Below, piece by piece: positions 13,000 to 26,002 of a stretch of 64,000 nt of DNA; the stretch's first letter is position 1; the number at the start of each line of letters is the position of its first letter. The position numbers were made by a program, and so were the translations under genes. The notes under the pieces are model-generated. The model was not told where the DNA came from and searched no databases. It saw nothing but the letters and a program-made list of their open reading frames with translations. The stretch comes from Octopus vulgaris (lineage: Eukaryota): contig OX597831.1 of the NCBI GenBank assembly GCA_951406725.2, positions 42,346,001 to 42,410,000 of the forward strand. Direction: 5' to 3'.

Positions 13000-13380
13000 C
13001 TTTCTGGACTCCTCCTCTGCCCTAGGTTCAGTGAAGAAGGACCACTCATCCAAGCACCGCATGTGTGCAGGTTTACAGCTACAACTCAATGGTTACCTCC
13101 ACTCATTGTTTCACTGCTCTCCCATTGCTGCAGGACTTTGGAAAGAAAAGAGACATAAGTGTACAACACAGAGACATGAGTGTGAATGTAGTATGGTGGG
13201 AAAGCCTTGGCACAAAGACAGTTTCATTCTCTTGGCCTCGGAAATCAGGGTTCACTGGCATGAAGATCTTTGCAAATGGTGGCCTTTCTGGCTGCAGGAG
13301 TTGCTGGCCAATAGATTGGATAAATCCTTTTCATTGACCACTTTGGAACTCCGGCTCTGGATTTCTTCTCTGGGTTAATT
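13000..13380 (+). mobile_element. Possible degraded L1/Tx1-type LINE 3' fragment
   Basis: GC-richer island; translation contains LHSLFHCSPIAAGLWK, resembling the CCHC/zf-RVT motif HxLFxCxxxxxxW. Confidence 0.35.
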
Positions 13381-15773
13381 CCCATAGTCTTTCACAAAGT
13401 TGGATGTAGCTGCAAGGCAGCAGAGGTTTTACACCAGAGTTTTCCTTCTTCATGTTACATTCATTAAAAAGATAAATATATCATGGAAGCAATATCTGGA
13501 AAAAAAAAAAAAAAAATGTACAGACATAAAAACAGAAAATTAGGAACAGATTCTTGTATACTTGATGTTATTTAGGTAATAACTTTCATTCATATAAATT
13601 TTATGACCATTCATATAAATTTGTTGACAAATGTGAATTAGTTGTTAATGAAGTTTTATGATGGTATTAAATTGATAATGTGTGGTATCCTGTCATCAAC
13701 CCTAATCAGGACCTGTTATCAAAGGTGCTCTGGCTGTGGCCATCCAGTCCTATCTGACTTATACTATAATGGGAAAATGGATGTAAAATATGATGATGAT
13801 GATCTAGGGCTACATTATCCAGTGTATCCTTAGTATCCAGTAGAATGTGATTTGAGGAAGATTTGGCTGCTATTTCTAGCTGGCCAAGCAACTACATGGG
13901 AACCTTCCTCCTTGATTCTTTAAGTGTGCAGTTGCTGTTTAGCCCTAGGTTACTTCTGATTGAGTACACTTATAATCAAGTGTTCTCTCTCTGACCATTT
14001 CGTTCCTTTTATATATCTGGGACTAAGTAATCATAAGTATCCTTCCTTCATTATTTTTTCCCCTTTAAATATTAGCAAATTGTTGCTCATTTTGGTTGGT
14101 CAGCTGACTGAATCAACACAGCTATGAGATTGATTCTTTTGGTTCTGTTGTGAGACTTAAGGATAAATTACTCGGTTCTTTCAGACAGCTTAACAATCTC
14201 AACCATTCTTGGTTGATAGTATAAACTGAAGGTAGCAGTGATTAAAATCATTTAGTCATTCATCTTAACTGTGGTCCAAGATTTTAAGCATAACGAGAAA
14301 CAAATTGCCCTTATTAAATTATTAGTTTGAAATCAGAATGATTGTTGATGATATAAAAGCAACATAAGTCTTTTTTTTTTTTTTTTTTTTTTCTAAGTAA
14401 GTGGTAAAGTGGAATAAAAGAGTACATAAGTGTCAGGGACAGTTATTGTACACTGTATGTGAGAAAGAAGGGCTGAAAAAGCACTTGGATTTGTGAGATA
14501 TTTACTGGGTAAAGATGTTTAATATGGAATTTGAAAAGCTGGAGGTCACAGTGTTCATACTGGAAAACTGGGGTCTTCAAAAATTTTCTTTAATGTTTTT
14601 CAAAGATACAAAAATGACAGAGAATTTGATAATGTGGAACCTAAAGAGCATGCTTGCTGCATAGTAGCAATGAAATTCTTTCAACTGTTAAGTCTTTGAG
14701 TAACATTGTGATTGTGATCTGCTTTGCCATTTGTTTCGCGACTTCTTTGTGAGCTTCAAGCCTAAACGAATAATCTCATTCAATTTTGCTGCCTTGATCA
14801 TGCTAAAACCGAAACTATGTTGAATCATTATGTGATCTTTGTTTTGTATGTATTATGTTTTTTGTTATTTTGTTTTTATATCTTGCAATTAATTTCAAAA
14901 GTGTGATACTTGAATCTTTAAGTTAATTTTAAATTGCTTACTTGTGTGTGTGTGTGTGTGTCTGTGTGTGTGTGTGTGTAAATATTTATGCATGTATATT
15001 GTGTATGTCTATATGTATGTTTATAAGTATGTGTACATGCACATATGTATATGTGTATCTATACACGTATATATACACATGTTTTTATATACATACAATA
15101 TATATGAGTGTATATACACAGACAAATATATGTATAATTTAAGTGTGATTTGCACATTTTCTTTCTGTGTCAGTTTTATTATTACTATTGTAGTGCTTTG
15201 ATCGTATTTTTTAAAATTATTGTTCATTATCAGTCACCTTTCTTTAAGTTTAGTCCTTGTTACATAATTTAAGTGTAAGTTATAAATTATATATTATATA
15301 TTATGCTTGTTCTTTGCACTTGATATTTCTTATGATGTTTTGGTACATTATAAAGTGTATTCATTTAAACCTCACCTTCTTTTTTTTTTCTTTTTTTGTT
15401 TTCTCTAGTAAGGTGTACCTATTGTATATGTAACGTGGTTTCAAAGTTTAGTTCAGTGTTATCCCATCTCACCCTCTGTTAAGTTTTGGTTTAATAATCA
15501 CTGTAGCTGTTTAGCTTAAGGAGCAGAACATTAAATTATTATCCCCTCAAAATGAGAGGTGTATTGTCTGTTGACTAATATCTGATTACATTCTTCCGGA
15601 AGCTGTTTATTTAATTGTGACTTATGTATTTATCATGGGTTCAAGAAAGCTATAGAGTGTTGCACAAGCTCTCAGCTCTGAGTACACTACTTTTGAAAGC
15701 AGAAACATCTGTAAGCTAATAGATGTGATTACATAACTCTTGTTCTTTTGTCATTCATTACTATAGATATACA

Positions 15774-16289
15774 TCTCTCTCTATATAAACGGCAGTTTGT
15801 CTGTCTGTGTGTCTGTCAGGTTGTACCCTCACCCTGACCACGGCTTTCAACCGATTCTGATGAAACTTGATACACACATAGCCCAATGTCATAATTCAAA
15901 ACTAACGCAGCGAAAATTTTGGGAAGTTCCCCCAGTTCTGAGAAAAATTGATAAATTCGACATGGGGTCGAGAATCTAAGCTTTTTATTTGCAACACATT
16001 TTCTGTTGTAGTTTTCGCAACTTGCAATCGATTTTGACCAAACTCATGTTGAAGCTTAATGTTACCCTAAGAAACTTAATTCTGACGTTAGTTTTCCATG
16101 CAATACCTTACCATCAGAAAAAAATCAATAAAATCATACCATTTTGGGAGATCGCGTTCAAATTCAAGATGACATATTTTCGACAATATCTTTCACAAAT
16201 TGGCAGGAATTTTTTTAAAATTCACAGCGAGCATCATGTCTGCTCCAGGGGCTCTTACATACCCGCGCAATGCCGGGCTATGCTGCTAG
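15774..16289 (+). mobile_element. Non-autonomous Helitron
   Basis: Inserted between A and T; 5' TC; subterminal GC-rich hairpin cccgcgcaatgccggg; 3' CTAG. Confidence 0.8.
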
Positions 16290-17483
16290 TATATATATAT
16301 ATATATATATATGAATTTCTAACATTGTAAAACACAGTGGGTTTTGTTGTGAAGGTATAAGACAATGATATTGAGTGCAAGGTGTTTGGGAGCATAGCAA
16401 GCAAAACTAAACCATGAAGTGTACCCAGGGGTTCAAGGTGTTGGGTTTATGTTCGAAAAATTCTGGGTTCCAGTCTTGAATCAGGCAGCATATTGTCTCC
16501 TTTGTTTTGTGTTGCTTCAGTTTATACTCAGCTGAATATGAGTACCAACTGAGTGATTGTGTAGCTTTCTCTCTTTCTAAGTGTTACATCATTAATGTTC
16601 TGCTCAATCAAAATTTGCAAGGTCTGTGAGGGTGCCTATGTCTGCTCATGAGTACATAGACACTGGAAACAATTAGCAAAGGCCTTAATACATGATTCCC
16701 AGGTTCAACTCGTTTCTGAGTGATAGCTATGATAATTTTTTTTTTTTTTTTGGTATATTTGACACATTTAGTGGAGGAAGAGAATATTAGCAAAATTTCA
16801 GAAATTTTCTTTTTTCATCTTGAATGTATATTTGGAACTTTGTCGTTATTCATGCAAACGAAAAACAGAGCTTAATTCACAATCTTTCACATCAAAATTA
16901 AAGTTGGAAGGTTGGTAATAAAGACATGAAGAACAGGAACAAGATTTCAAGTGTTGTCAAGACAAATAGTATTGTAACAAATCCAATGGCTACATATGAA
17001 TTAAAAGGATTTAATGAAACAAAATTCTGATTGTCTCCTTTCAATATATCAACATATATTAGACAATAATAGTTCACTTAAATACATATTCAGATTTGTA
17101 AATAATTCACTAACTCACAGAAATTACGAATCTAAAACCTCAATATTCTTTGGAAACCTTTAAATGACTTTTGTGACAGATTTGTAAAATGTTGAATGTT
17201 CCATTTCTCCATTGAATGTGTCATTTGAATAGTAGTAATTAATAAGAAGAAAGAGATTCCGACTACAGCTTTGGAAGAAGGTGTCTATGTATGAACTTGG
17301 GAACTTTAGAGTGTTTTACAATATGCTGTATATATGGGATGGTGAACTTTTAGTTACTATATTTGAGGAAGGTGTGTTTTTTTTAATGATAAAATCATTA
17401 TAAATGAAAGCAATTAATGTTAAAATAAATCATATTCAATTCTTTAGTTGGTTTCAGTGTGTAAAAAATTTGTTATTCCTTAA

Positions 17484-17706
17484 CCGTTTAGCATTCAAAT
17501 TTTTCTGCCAAATTTAATGCTTGTTTATTCAAATTATTTTGAAGAGACCATGCATTTTTTGTAGCTTTGAACTTTCAGTGATATGGTTGTTCATTTTTAG
17601 AATGGCATAACATTGTAGGGCGGGTTTGCTAGGCCAGATCTGGCTGCTTTGAAATCCAACAGGTGGAATATTTGGGTCTGATATGGCTGATGTAAATACT
17701 AAAGGA
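17484..17706. mobile_element. piggyBac-type MITE
   Basis: TTAA on both sides; TIR ccgtttagcatt / aatactaaagga; body shared with five other copies. Confidence 0.8.
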
Positions 17707-18166
17707 TTAAATCAGTGACTATTAATCCTTTGGCAACCACCCTGCCTGAAATTGCTTCCAGTTTTATGGTAGATGTTATCCATTTTAATGAGCTTGTTTA
17801 TTGTCAGTCTTAAATTGAAATGTTCTACTGTAATTTTATCTAATCTACTTTTTTTCTTCTTCAAACCACTAGATTAATAAAAAAACAAAAAAAAACAAAA
17901 AACATAATAGACTAAGTTAAATGTCTCTAAATTACTGATTATTTCAAAATTAATTGAAACATACAAGTAGTGTATTGAGTTCATTAGAAAATGTTTTAAA
18001 GAAATTCATTGTCAAACAGAATACAATTTTCTTTTTCTTGAGATTGAAAACTAAAAGCGCAATTCAGGATTGAAACAAAGGCATTTAGATCTGTCTTTTC
18101 CCTTCTTCCTTACTTCAACATCACTACTAATAAGATAGTCTGCATAGTATTCCATGTGTGTATGTT

Positions 18167-18204
<38 letters not shown>

Positions 18205-18310
18205 TACATCCATGTGTGTATATATGTATATACACACATGCACATATATATATATATATATACATGTGCATGTGTATGTGTGTGTGTGTATATATATATA
18301 TATGTATATA

Positions 18311-18529
18311 GTCGAAGAGGTGCTGAAATGTTCCTGGCTTTAAGGGTATTGTAATAGATTTGGTTGGAGGCTCAACCTCCTGAGTTCTTTTACAGAGCTT
18401 AGTAAAACTGAAAGACCACTGCAAGAAGTATGTGAATCTGAGAGGGGAAAATATGTTGAATAAAACCATAATTAACTGATCCTCCTGTATTTTTACCCCA
18501 AACCGGAAACTTTTCAGCATGCCCTCATA
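18311..18529. mobile_element. Mariner-derived MITE in a TA microsatellite
   Basis: Imperfect TIRs cgaagaggtgctgaaatgttcctggc / ccggaaacttttcagcatgccctcata. Confidence 0.65.
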
Positions 18530-18814
18530 TACATATATTATATACACACACACACATGCTTACTTACACACATATATGTGTGTATATATAGATTTGAGTG
18601 TGTGTGTATATATATCCCATCTAACAATGAATTCTATCCCTCTACATAAAGCTTACTATTGTAGCTCACCCCCTAACTAGTTAGTTGCACCTTTTGACTT
18701 CTCTTCTACCAAATCTGTTGTCAGCCAATGGCAATTTCTTTCATTTTTCATTTTTTTTTTTTTTTGTACTGGGCTGTTCTCCATTTACTAAGTTTGCTGT
18801 TTTTGTGATAATAG

Positions 18815-18991
18815 GAAGATTTCGGAGGTGTCCTAGAGACTGTTGCGACCACAAGTATCATGCCTGAATTGGCTGTGGCCCCGGCTGGGGATAGTACAAC
18901 CAATGAGACAGCCACTGTGATTGATGACCAAACTGACCTCTCTGTGCAACAGTCACAAACTCCACCTGTTGTTGATGATGGCATGTTGTCT
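18815..18991 (+). CDS. ITSN1: Probable intersectin linker exon between SH3C and SH3D: EDFGGVLETVATTSIMPELAVAPAGDSTTNETATVIDDQTDLSVQQSQTPPVVDD...
   Basis: atag acceptor in phase 0 matches the SH3C donor; coding-like composition. The 3' end is uncertain: TCT|gtgtgt at 18991 (phase 0) or G|gcatgt GC donor at 18980 (phase 1). Confidence 0.6.
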
Positions 18992-19164
18992 GTGTGTACC
19001 TTAACTTACTCTCTGCAACTACTAATAACCTTTCTCCTACTCTCCCTCTCTTGCTTTCTCACTTGCTCTCCCTCTCTTCCTTATGGATGCTTTCCTCCTC
19101 GTACTAATTCATCTTAGAACCTTTTGTCAATGTTACCCTGCTGTTTACAGTTTTGCTTATTGAT

Positions 19165-19267
19165 GACATCATCATCGTCATCGTCATCATCATCGTCGTC
19201 ATCATCATCATCATCATCGTCGTCGTCATCCTCATCGTCGTCGTCGTCATCATCATCATCATCATCA
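19165..19267. repeat. (CAT/CGT)n trinucleotide microsatellite
   Basis: Direct inspection. Confidence 0.95.
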
Positions 19268-19319
19268 ATAGCTGAATGATTTACAATACACCTTGTCTTT
19301 CATCTCTCTCTCTCTGGGA

Positions 19320-20510
19320 GTTGATTAGTCAAGAACTGGGGTTGATGGTTTAGGCTTAAATCTCTCCCTTCAAAATTGCTGGACTTTTTATAAATTGGAA
19401 TCCATTATTATTATTATTATTGCTGTTGAAAGCAAGGCAGAAATCTGGTAGAATCATCGTTAGCGCTCCAGACAGAATGCTTAGCAGCATATCGTTCAAA
19501 TTTAAATTCTGAGTTCAAATACAGCCAAGGTCGACTTTACCTTTCATCCTTTCAGGGTTGATAAAATAAGTACCAGTTGATCACTGGGGTCGATGTAATC
19601 AATTTACCCAGTTGCTCAGAATTGCCAGCCTTGTGCCAAAATTTGAAACCATAATTATTATTATTGAAAATAAGGTGGCATTGGACAAAATACTTAACAA
19701 TATTTCTTTTGACACTTTTACAATCTGAGTTCAAATTCTGTCAAGATTTATTTGGTCTTTTATCTTTATGGGGTCAATAGAATAAGAATTAGTTGAGCAC
19801 TCGGGTTAATGTAGTCAACTTACCACCTCTCCCATAAAATTGCTAGCCTTGTGCCAAAATTTGATAGAATTATTGGTATTGTTATTGAAAGTAAGGCAAT
19901 GAGATAGCAGAACCATTCGCTCTGGATAAAATGCTCAGCAACATTTTTTCTGGTGCTTTATGTTCACATACTGCCAAGGCTTACTTAGCCTTCCATCCTT
20001 TTGGGGGTGATAAAAAAAAAAGTTTCAATCAAATGCTGGTGTCAGTGTAATTAACTAACAACCATCCCCCTGAAATTACTTCCCATTTGCCAAAATTAGA
20101 GGGAATTATAATTATCATTGAAAGTGGTGGAGTGGTAGAAATTATAGTAGAGTGGAATAAACAACTTGCCGTTTTCAATCTTGTTTTGGCATTGCCCTGA
20201 GTTCAAATTCTGATACGGTAGATTTCTGTTTCTTTTACCACCCAAGGTCAATGAAACTTAAGTACTTGACTCAGTTAAATTGACTGACCTTTGTTAGAAA
20301 TGATCATCATTCCAGACAGTAAATGATAGCATTGGTAGGTTGTTTGAATAAATGGTTTCTAGTATTTAGTTGTGGCCTTTCACATTACGAGTTCAAATTC
20401 TGGTTGGGTTAAGATCTTCCTTTATCCACTCCGGGCCAGTAATATGAAGTACTTGTCATGTATCAAATTGGATTGAATTGGCTATTGTCTAATATTAAAT
20501 TTGTGGCCTT
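19320..20510 (+). mobile_element. Head-to-tail array of about 6 family B SINEs separated by (TTA)n
   Basis: Repeated ttctgagttcaaat...gtcgactttacctttcatcctttc.gggttgataaaataagtaccag (Nin/Deu-domain-like core). Confidence 0.8.
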
Positions 20511-20521
20511 CTATGTTTTAT

Positions 20522-20880
20522 TTTTTACTTGTTTCAGTCATTAGACTGCGGCCATGCTGGGGCACTGCCTTGAAGAATTTTAGTCAAATGAATTGACCTC
20601 AGTATTTTTCTTTTTGAGCCTGGTACTAATTTTATCAGTCTCTTTTGCTGATCTGCTAAGTTATGGGCATGTAAACACACCAACACTGCTTGTCAAATGG
20701 TGTTGGGGGACACACACACAATAGGCTTCTTTCAGTTTCTGCCTACCAAATCCACTCACAAGACTTTCGTTGGCTCTAGGCTATGGTAGAAGACACTTGC
20801 TGAAGATGCCACACAGTTGGACTGAACTCAGAACAATGTGGTTGGGAAGCGAACTTCGTACCACACAGCTGTGCCTGCGC
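20522..20880 (-). mobile_element. SINE family A
   Basis: Similarity to 2375-2718. Confidence 0.85.
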
Positions 20881-20933
20881 TTATGTATCTAAGTTGTATA
20901 ATTATTATTATGAAAGGGTACTTTAGGGCTGAA

Positions 20934-21005
20934 ACAATAGCACCATATTTGATGGACAACTAAAGACTACAATAGCACCATATTAAATGGACAACTAAAG
21001 ACTAC
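20934..21005. repeat. 35-bp tandem duplication
   Basis: acaatagcaccatatt(tg/aa)atggacaactaaagact x2. Confidence 0.9.
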
Positions 21006-21173
21006 TTGATAGTTGAAGTTGCATTCTTTATATTGGTTTGAACCAGGTCAACTTAACCCCTCATCCTTCTGGAAGTGATAAAATAAATTTCAGCCAACTG
21101 TGAATGATATAATAGAACTGTTCTCACGAGAAATTTGAGTTCTTGTATGCAAGTTTGAAAGAACAGCAATAAT

Positions 21174-21537
21174 AACAAGTGCCCTCAGAGAGCACAAACC
21201 TCCACCAAGGCAGCACCAACATCCTCTCAATGATTAGCCAGAGATGGCTTTTAAAATGAGACTATCTGAAATATACTTGACTGCTCTCACAAATGAGAAT
21301 ACTAAAAATGAATCCGACTGCTCTCAAAAATTAAGTAATAAAACAGGAAAAATAATCCAGAATCCTTGTCATGTACAGGATCAATCCCAAAATCTAATCA
21401 GTTTGAGTCAGTCATGAGGCCAAACATCCCTGAAAGTTTCATCCAAATCCATCCAGTGGTTCTTGAGATGTCTTGTCCATGGACAAACAAACACACAACT
21501 GAAAACAATACCTCCACCTTTGCTAAGGAAGAGGTAA
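21174..21537 (-). mobile_element. Helentron-associated (DINE-1/HINE-like) non-autonomous element
   Basis: Repeated subterminal acctccacc motif at both ends, terminal stem-loop gtgccctc/gagagcac, internal (AAAC)n, inserted in (TAA)n. Confidence 0.55.
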
Positions 21538-21716
21538 TAATCCTTTCTACTATAGGCACAAAGCCTGAAATTTCTGGGAAGGGGCCTAGTTGATTACATT
21601 GACCCCAGTACTCAACTGGTACTTAATTTATCAACCCCAAAAGGATGAAAGGCAAAATTGACCTCAGCAGAATTTGAACTCAGAACATAAGCTTGCTACC
21701 TTAAATAATAATAATA

Positions 21717-21906
21717 AAGGCAAAAATCCTCTGGGACTTTGACTTCCAGACAGACAAAGTGTTTGAATACCAATGGCTGGATATAGTATCTTTTAAGAGT
21801 GCCTAATAACTGTTGTGGCAGTGCCAGGAGATCAGCATGTTGTTATGAAAGAAAGAGAAAAGGTTGACAAATATGGAGATCTGAAAATTGAGATTACCAA
21901 AATGTA
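21717..21906 (+). mobile_element. RLE-type LINE (R4/Dong-like) endonuclease fragment
   Basis: KAKILWDFDFQTDKVF...DIV / CLITVVAVPGDQHVVMKEREKVDKYGDLKIEITKM with one frameshift; begins at a (TAA)n tract. Confidence 0.8.
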
Positions 21907-22204
21907 GTCAGTGTAATTGGCAAGCTCCATTCTTGCCACACTTCAGGCCTTGTATCTATTGTGGAAAGGATTGTTATTTATTTCTTGTAGTTTTACATTC
22001 TTAGTTCAAATTCCATCAAGGCTAACTTTGCCCTTTATCCTTTCTGGGTCACTTAAAGTAGGTATCAGGTGAGCACTGGTGTTGATGTAATCCACAAGAT
22101 CTTATCCCCAAAGTTTCACGTCTTGTACCTATAGTAGAAAGAATTATTATTGTTGTTATTATTATTGTAAGCTAGAGTTTTTATAGAAATGTCGATGTAT
22201 CAGA

Positions 22205-22520
22205 AATAATGCATTTCTCTTAGCTCACCTTCAACAGTTCTATGGCAGATGTTCTTGACCATTCAAGCTTTCAGTTCCTTGGTGGTGTCTGTCTTAATGC
22301 TACCTTTGGCATTCTGTCCTGATCCTTTCTGAGTGAGTTACCTGGCCATCTGAGCCATTGGTGTTTAATTTCAAAGACCACTCAATTGAACCAAGTGTGT
22401 AACATGACCCCCATCAATTAATAGTTTGTTGTGCTGGAAAATGAAGCAGATTTTTCTCAGGCACTTATTGTGGGAACCCTTTTTCAAATGTTCTTGATTT
22501 AGTGGCTTGAGTATTGCGCT
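22205..22520 (-). mobile_element. RTE-clade LINE 3' fragment (degraded)
   Basis: Minus translation WLRWPGNSLRKDQDRMPKVALRQTPP resembles the RTE motif LRWxGHxLR...PKxALxWxP. Confidence 0.6.
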
Positions 22521-22910
22521 CATGGATGTAAGATTGTAGACTGGACAGTGGAGTGTGTTCCTTGAGCAGAGCACTTCATCTCATGTTGTTCCAATTCACT
22601 CAGCTGTAATTAAGCTCCAGCAACAGTTGAGAAGTTAACTCTTCAATGGACTAGCATCTCATTCAGGAGTTAGTGTTGTAACATATACTGGTTTAAGCCC
22701 CAGTTTTATCATCCCTAGGTCTTGTGATGGATATAAGTCTAAGTAAGTCACATATTTGGCTTGATGTATCTGGGACCGAATAAAAAAAACAAAAAAAAAA
22801 AAAATTAGCATACTAATTTAATTCAATACTATGCCTGCTCCCCTTTAAAAAATAAAAAAAAAATATCGTTTTTGCCTGTTTCTGCTTATTCTGCCTGAAT
22901 ATTAACTTAA

Positions 22911-23132
22911 CCCTTTAGCATTCAGATTCCTCTTACTCTGTTGCATGTAATGCTTATTCATTCACATCATTTTGAATTAATCATGCATCAACTTATAGCC
23001 ATGAGATTTCAATGATGTGATTATTTATTATTAGAATGATGTTGTAGGATAGGTATGAGAGGCCGGATCTAATCGGTGCTCACACATAAATCAAGTTTGA
23101 ATATTTGGGTCACCAGTTTAAATTTTAAAGGG
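22911..23132. mobile_element. piggyBac-type MITE
   Basis: TTAA|CCCTTTA...TAAAGGG|TTAA. Confidence 0.85.
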
Positions 23133-23256
23133 TTAAAGATGCAAATTCTTTGGAATTTTCAGCCACTCAGACTGTTAATTAGACTATGATTATGTATTTC
23201 ATTTCATCAAACAAGTGGAACGTTGCTGAAGCTATTGAGAGATCCATCTTATATAA

Positions 23257-23608
23257 ATTTTAATATTTCTCTCAGACACTGCGATATGAAGAACCTGGTG
23301 TTAAAACTCAATATACATATGCTTCAGAATGAAACATTACTTGAGTACAGAGCAGTTATAAGAAATTTGGATAACAATGGAATAAACAATTGTTATGGAC
23401 TTCATTAACTTACATGTATATACTTGTGTTACATGTATGTACATAAATATAAATGTTTTTCCTTAATAAATTGCATTTCATCTTTGAAGCTCTGATGAAA
23501 CTATAGGGTGATACTCAAGCATTCAGCTATGAGTGCATTGCATCTTATAGTAGAAACAGATGTAAGCTTATGGAGTTCATAACATATTTATTTATTTCTT
23601 TGTCATCC
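23257..23608 (+). mobile_element. Hammerhead-bearing fold-back element (Penelope-like/retrozyme-like terminus)
   Basis: Inverted arms 23369-23414 and 23561-23608; homologous to 39709-40030 and 15620-15755. Confidence 0.7.
23487..23569 (+). ncRNA. Type I hammerhead ribozyme motif with long stem II
   Basis: aagct-CTGATGA-a actata...tatagt a-GAAA-cagat-GTA-agctt: 5-bp stem I, intact core, GUA triplet, short stem III. Confidence 0.65.
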
Positions 23609-23689
23609 CAATGTCTGAACATACGTACATACATACAAACGTACATACATACAAACAAACAAACAAGCAAACAAAGTCTTCTGTGGGGG

Positions 23690-24013
23690 GAACTGATCAA
23701 AAGCTAATGATCTGTTGGAGGATAGGGGAAAAGATACAAAAATCAAGTTGCTACCACCCTGGGGGAATGCAACATTCCTCCTTCAGATCTGGTGACCCTT
23801 GCTGTGGATCAAAGGAGATGGCAGACCATCTCTCATCAAACTTGTGAAACTGTCAAGACAAGGCATCATCAATGGCTCAATGAGCATCAAATGAAGCATG
23901 CTGTGGCTACTGCTAGATCACCTCTGATACCCAACTCATCAGTTCCTTGTCCAACCTGTGGAAAAATCTGCAATTTCGTTTTTGGTCATCACACACATCA
24001 GCCTGTTCACTAA
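23690..24013 (+). mobile_element. RTE/BovB-like LINE C-terminal fragment
   Basis: LAVDQRRWQT...VPCPTCGKIC...GHHTHQPVH*, resembling the RTE C-terminal C2H2-like motif. Confidence 0.65.
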
Positions 24014-24809
24014 CTGTGTTTGGTACCAACTTGAAGGGATGCTGTTGTTCTAAGAGCTCAGCACCTCTAATCTACCAAAATAGCTATATATATATATATA
24101 TATGTAAAATTTAAGAATAGGATAATATATATATATATATATCCACTCACAAGGCTTTGGTCGGCCCGAAGCTATAGTAGAAGACACTTGCCCAAGGTGC
24201 CACGCAGTGGGATTGACCCCGGAACCATGTGGTTGGTAAGCAAACTACTTACCACACAGCCACTCCTCCACCTGTTATATATGTTTTGAATAATGAATTT
24301 CAAAAATCTCTGACTTAACAAACATTTTGTTTGATGAAGTTATTCATGATAAGCTGGTCAATGTCATTCTCCTCTCTTTCCCTTTCAGAACCAATTTCCT
24401 TTTTCTCCTCCCCCCTCCCACTTCCACATGCTGTACTCATCCTTTTTATCTCTCTCTCTGCTCCTCTTTTCTTACTCTTACCTTTCAGCCTGTTTTCTTA
24501 TTTCTCCAGTCCATCCTGCTGTCTATCCTACCCACTTCTGCCTCCCTATATTTTATTTTATTTTACTGTTTCATTTATTAGATGTGGCTTTTGTTGTTGG
24601 ATATTTTTTTTGATTTATAAAAAAAAAAAATTGTTTTTTCTTATTTTTTTTGCATGATTTATTATTATTATTTTTGCATGTTCTTCCATTTGCTTTTGTT
24701 ATCATTTTTGGATAGTTAAGTTTACTTTTTCTTTTTACATCTTTAATTATTACTTTTTTTTTTCAAATGATGATTTTTTTAACCAAGATAAAAATATAAT
24801 GGTTGTGGC

Positions 24810-25971
24810 ACTGGATGGCAGAATTGGTAATGTCATTAATAAACTTATGTTAATTTGGTTACATATCTTCATATTCTGAGTTCAAATTTCGCAGAGGTTT
24901 GACTTTACTCTTCATTCTTCCAGTATTGATAAAATAAAGCAATAATATGCAAGTGTTGAGTTCTAATAACATTTGAGAACACCCCTCTATATTTTGAATT
25001 CAGATCCTTTTGAGATCGACTTTACCATTCATCCTTCCATCATCTTCAAAATAAAGTAATAGTGTACAAGCAGAGGGGTTCAATGGTTTTTGGGTATCTC
25101 ATTTTATCTTCAGAGTTTCAACTCATGCCAGTAGTCCAACCCATGCCAACATGCAACATAGACGTTAAGTGATAAGTTCAAATTATTGCGTGATTGACTT
25201 TACTTTGTATCCCTTCAAGGCCAATATTGTAAGCACTAGAGACCGACATGATTGACTGTACCCTTAATAGAGGTTCTCAATATGGCTGGTGTCCACTGCT
25301 TGACAAAAACTTAGGAAAAAAAATATAAAAGAATGAAAGAATAATTAATTTTTTTTCCCCTCATAATATGAAAGGAAAGTTCTTGATGAATTTTTTTTTT
25401 TCCTGCTATGCAGTAAACAGACATCAACTGTCTTGCTGCCTTGTATTGATTCGAATAAATAAACAATTATTTAATTTATTTAAAACTGGTATAACTACAA
25501 AGAAGAAAACAAACTGTTAAGCTGTTGTTGCCAAGAGCTGTGGAGAGGCAGAGGTGTGGGTGGAGGGACACAATTGGTTGAATAGAAAACAAAATACTCT
25601 GCAACATTTAGTTTCATCCCTGCTATATTCTGAGTTCAAATCCAGCCAAAGCTGACCTTTTTTTGTTTCTGGGTGACAGGTATCAGTGAAATAAATGCTA
25701 ATCAAGAACTGGGATGGGAATATTTGATGTTAATGCTCTTTATTCTTCATGAAGACATTTGTGGCTCTGTTAGGAATCAGAAATCCTTCTCATTTTCGAT
25801 TTTGTTGACTTTAGTAATGCTTTTTTTTTATTGTTATTATTGTATATTTATTAATTAGCTTCTCTTCAGGAATGATATAGTTTACAAAGCTGGGGCAGAG
25901 ATGACTTTTGAAAAACCTGCTGTAAAGGTTTCAGAAAAAGTGAAAATACAATAATAATGAGATCATCATCG

Positions 25972-26002
<31 letters not shown>

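Noticed and set aside
15409-15412. Strong acceptor followed by TAAG|gtgtac (microexon or stop)
   Set aside because: Would introduce an immediate stop; no support beyond a T-rich tract
15857-15870. CTGATGA as a hammerhead core (also at 12415 and 33093)
   Set aside because: No stem II-GAAA-GUH arrangement follows; these lie in a Helitron, an exon and a SINE-like repeat respectively
23223-23408. Similar short ORFs at 23223 and 39607 as a novel protein family
   Set aside because: The similarity is explained by nucleotide homology of a repeat; too short to assign, although a relic of a retroelement ORF end cannot be excluded
25870-25927. Possible exon NDIVYKAGAEMTFEKPAVK (ttcag / AAG|gtttca)
   Set aside because: The phase 2 start does not match a good upstream donor, the donor is weak, and I recognise no homology
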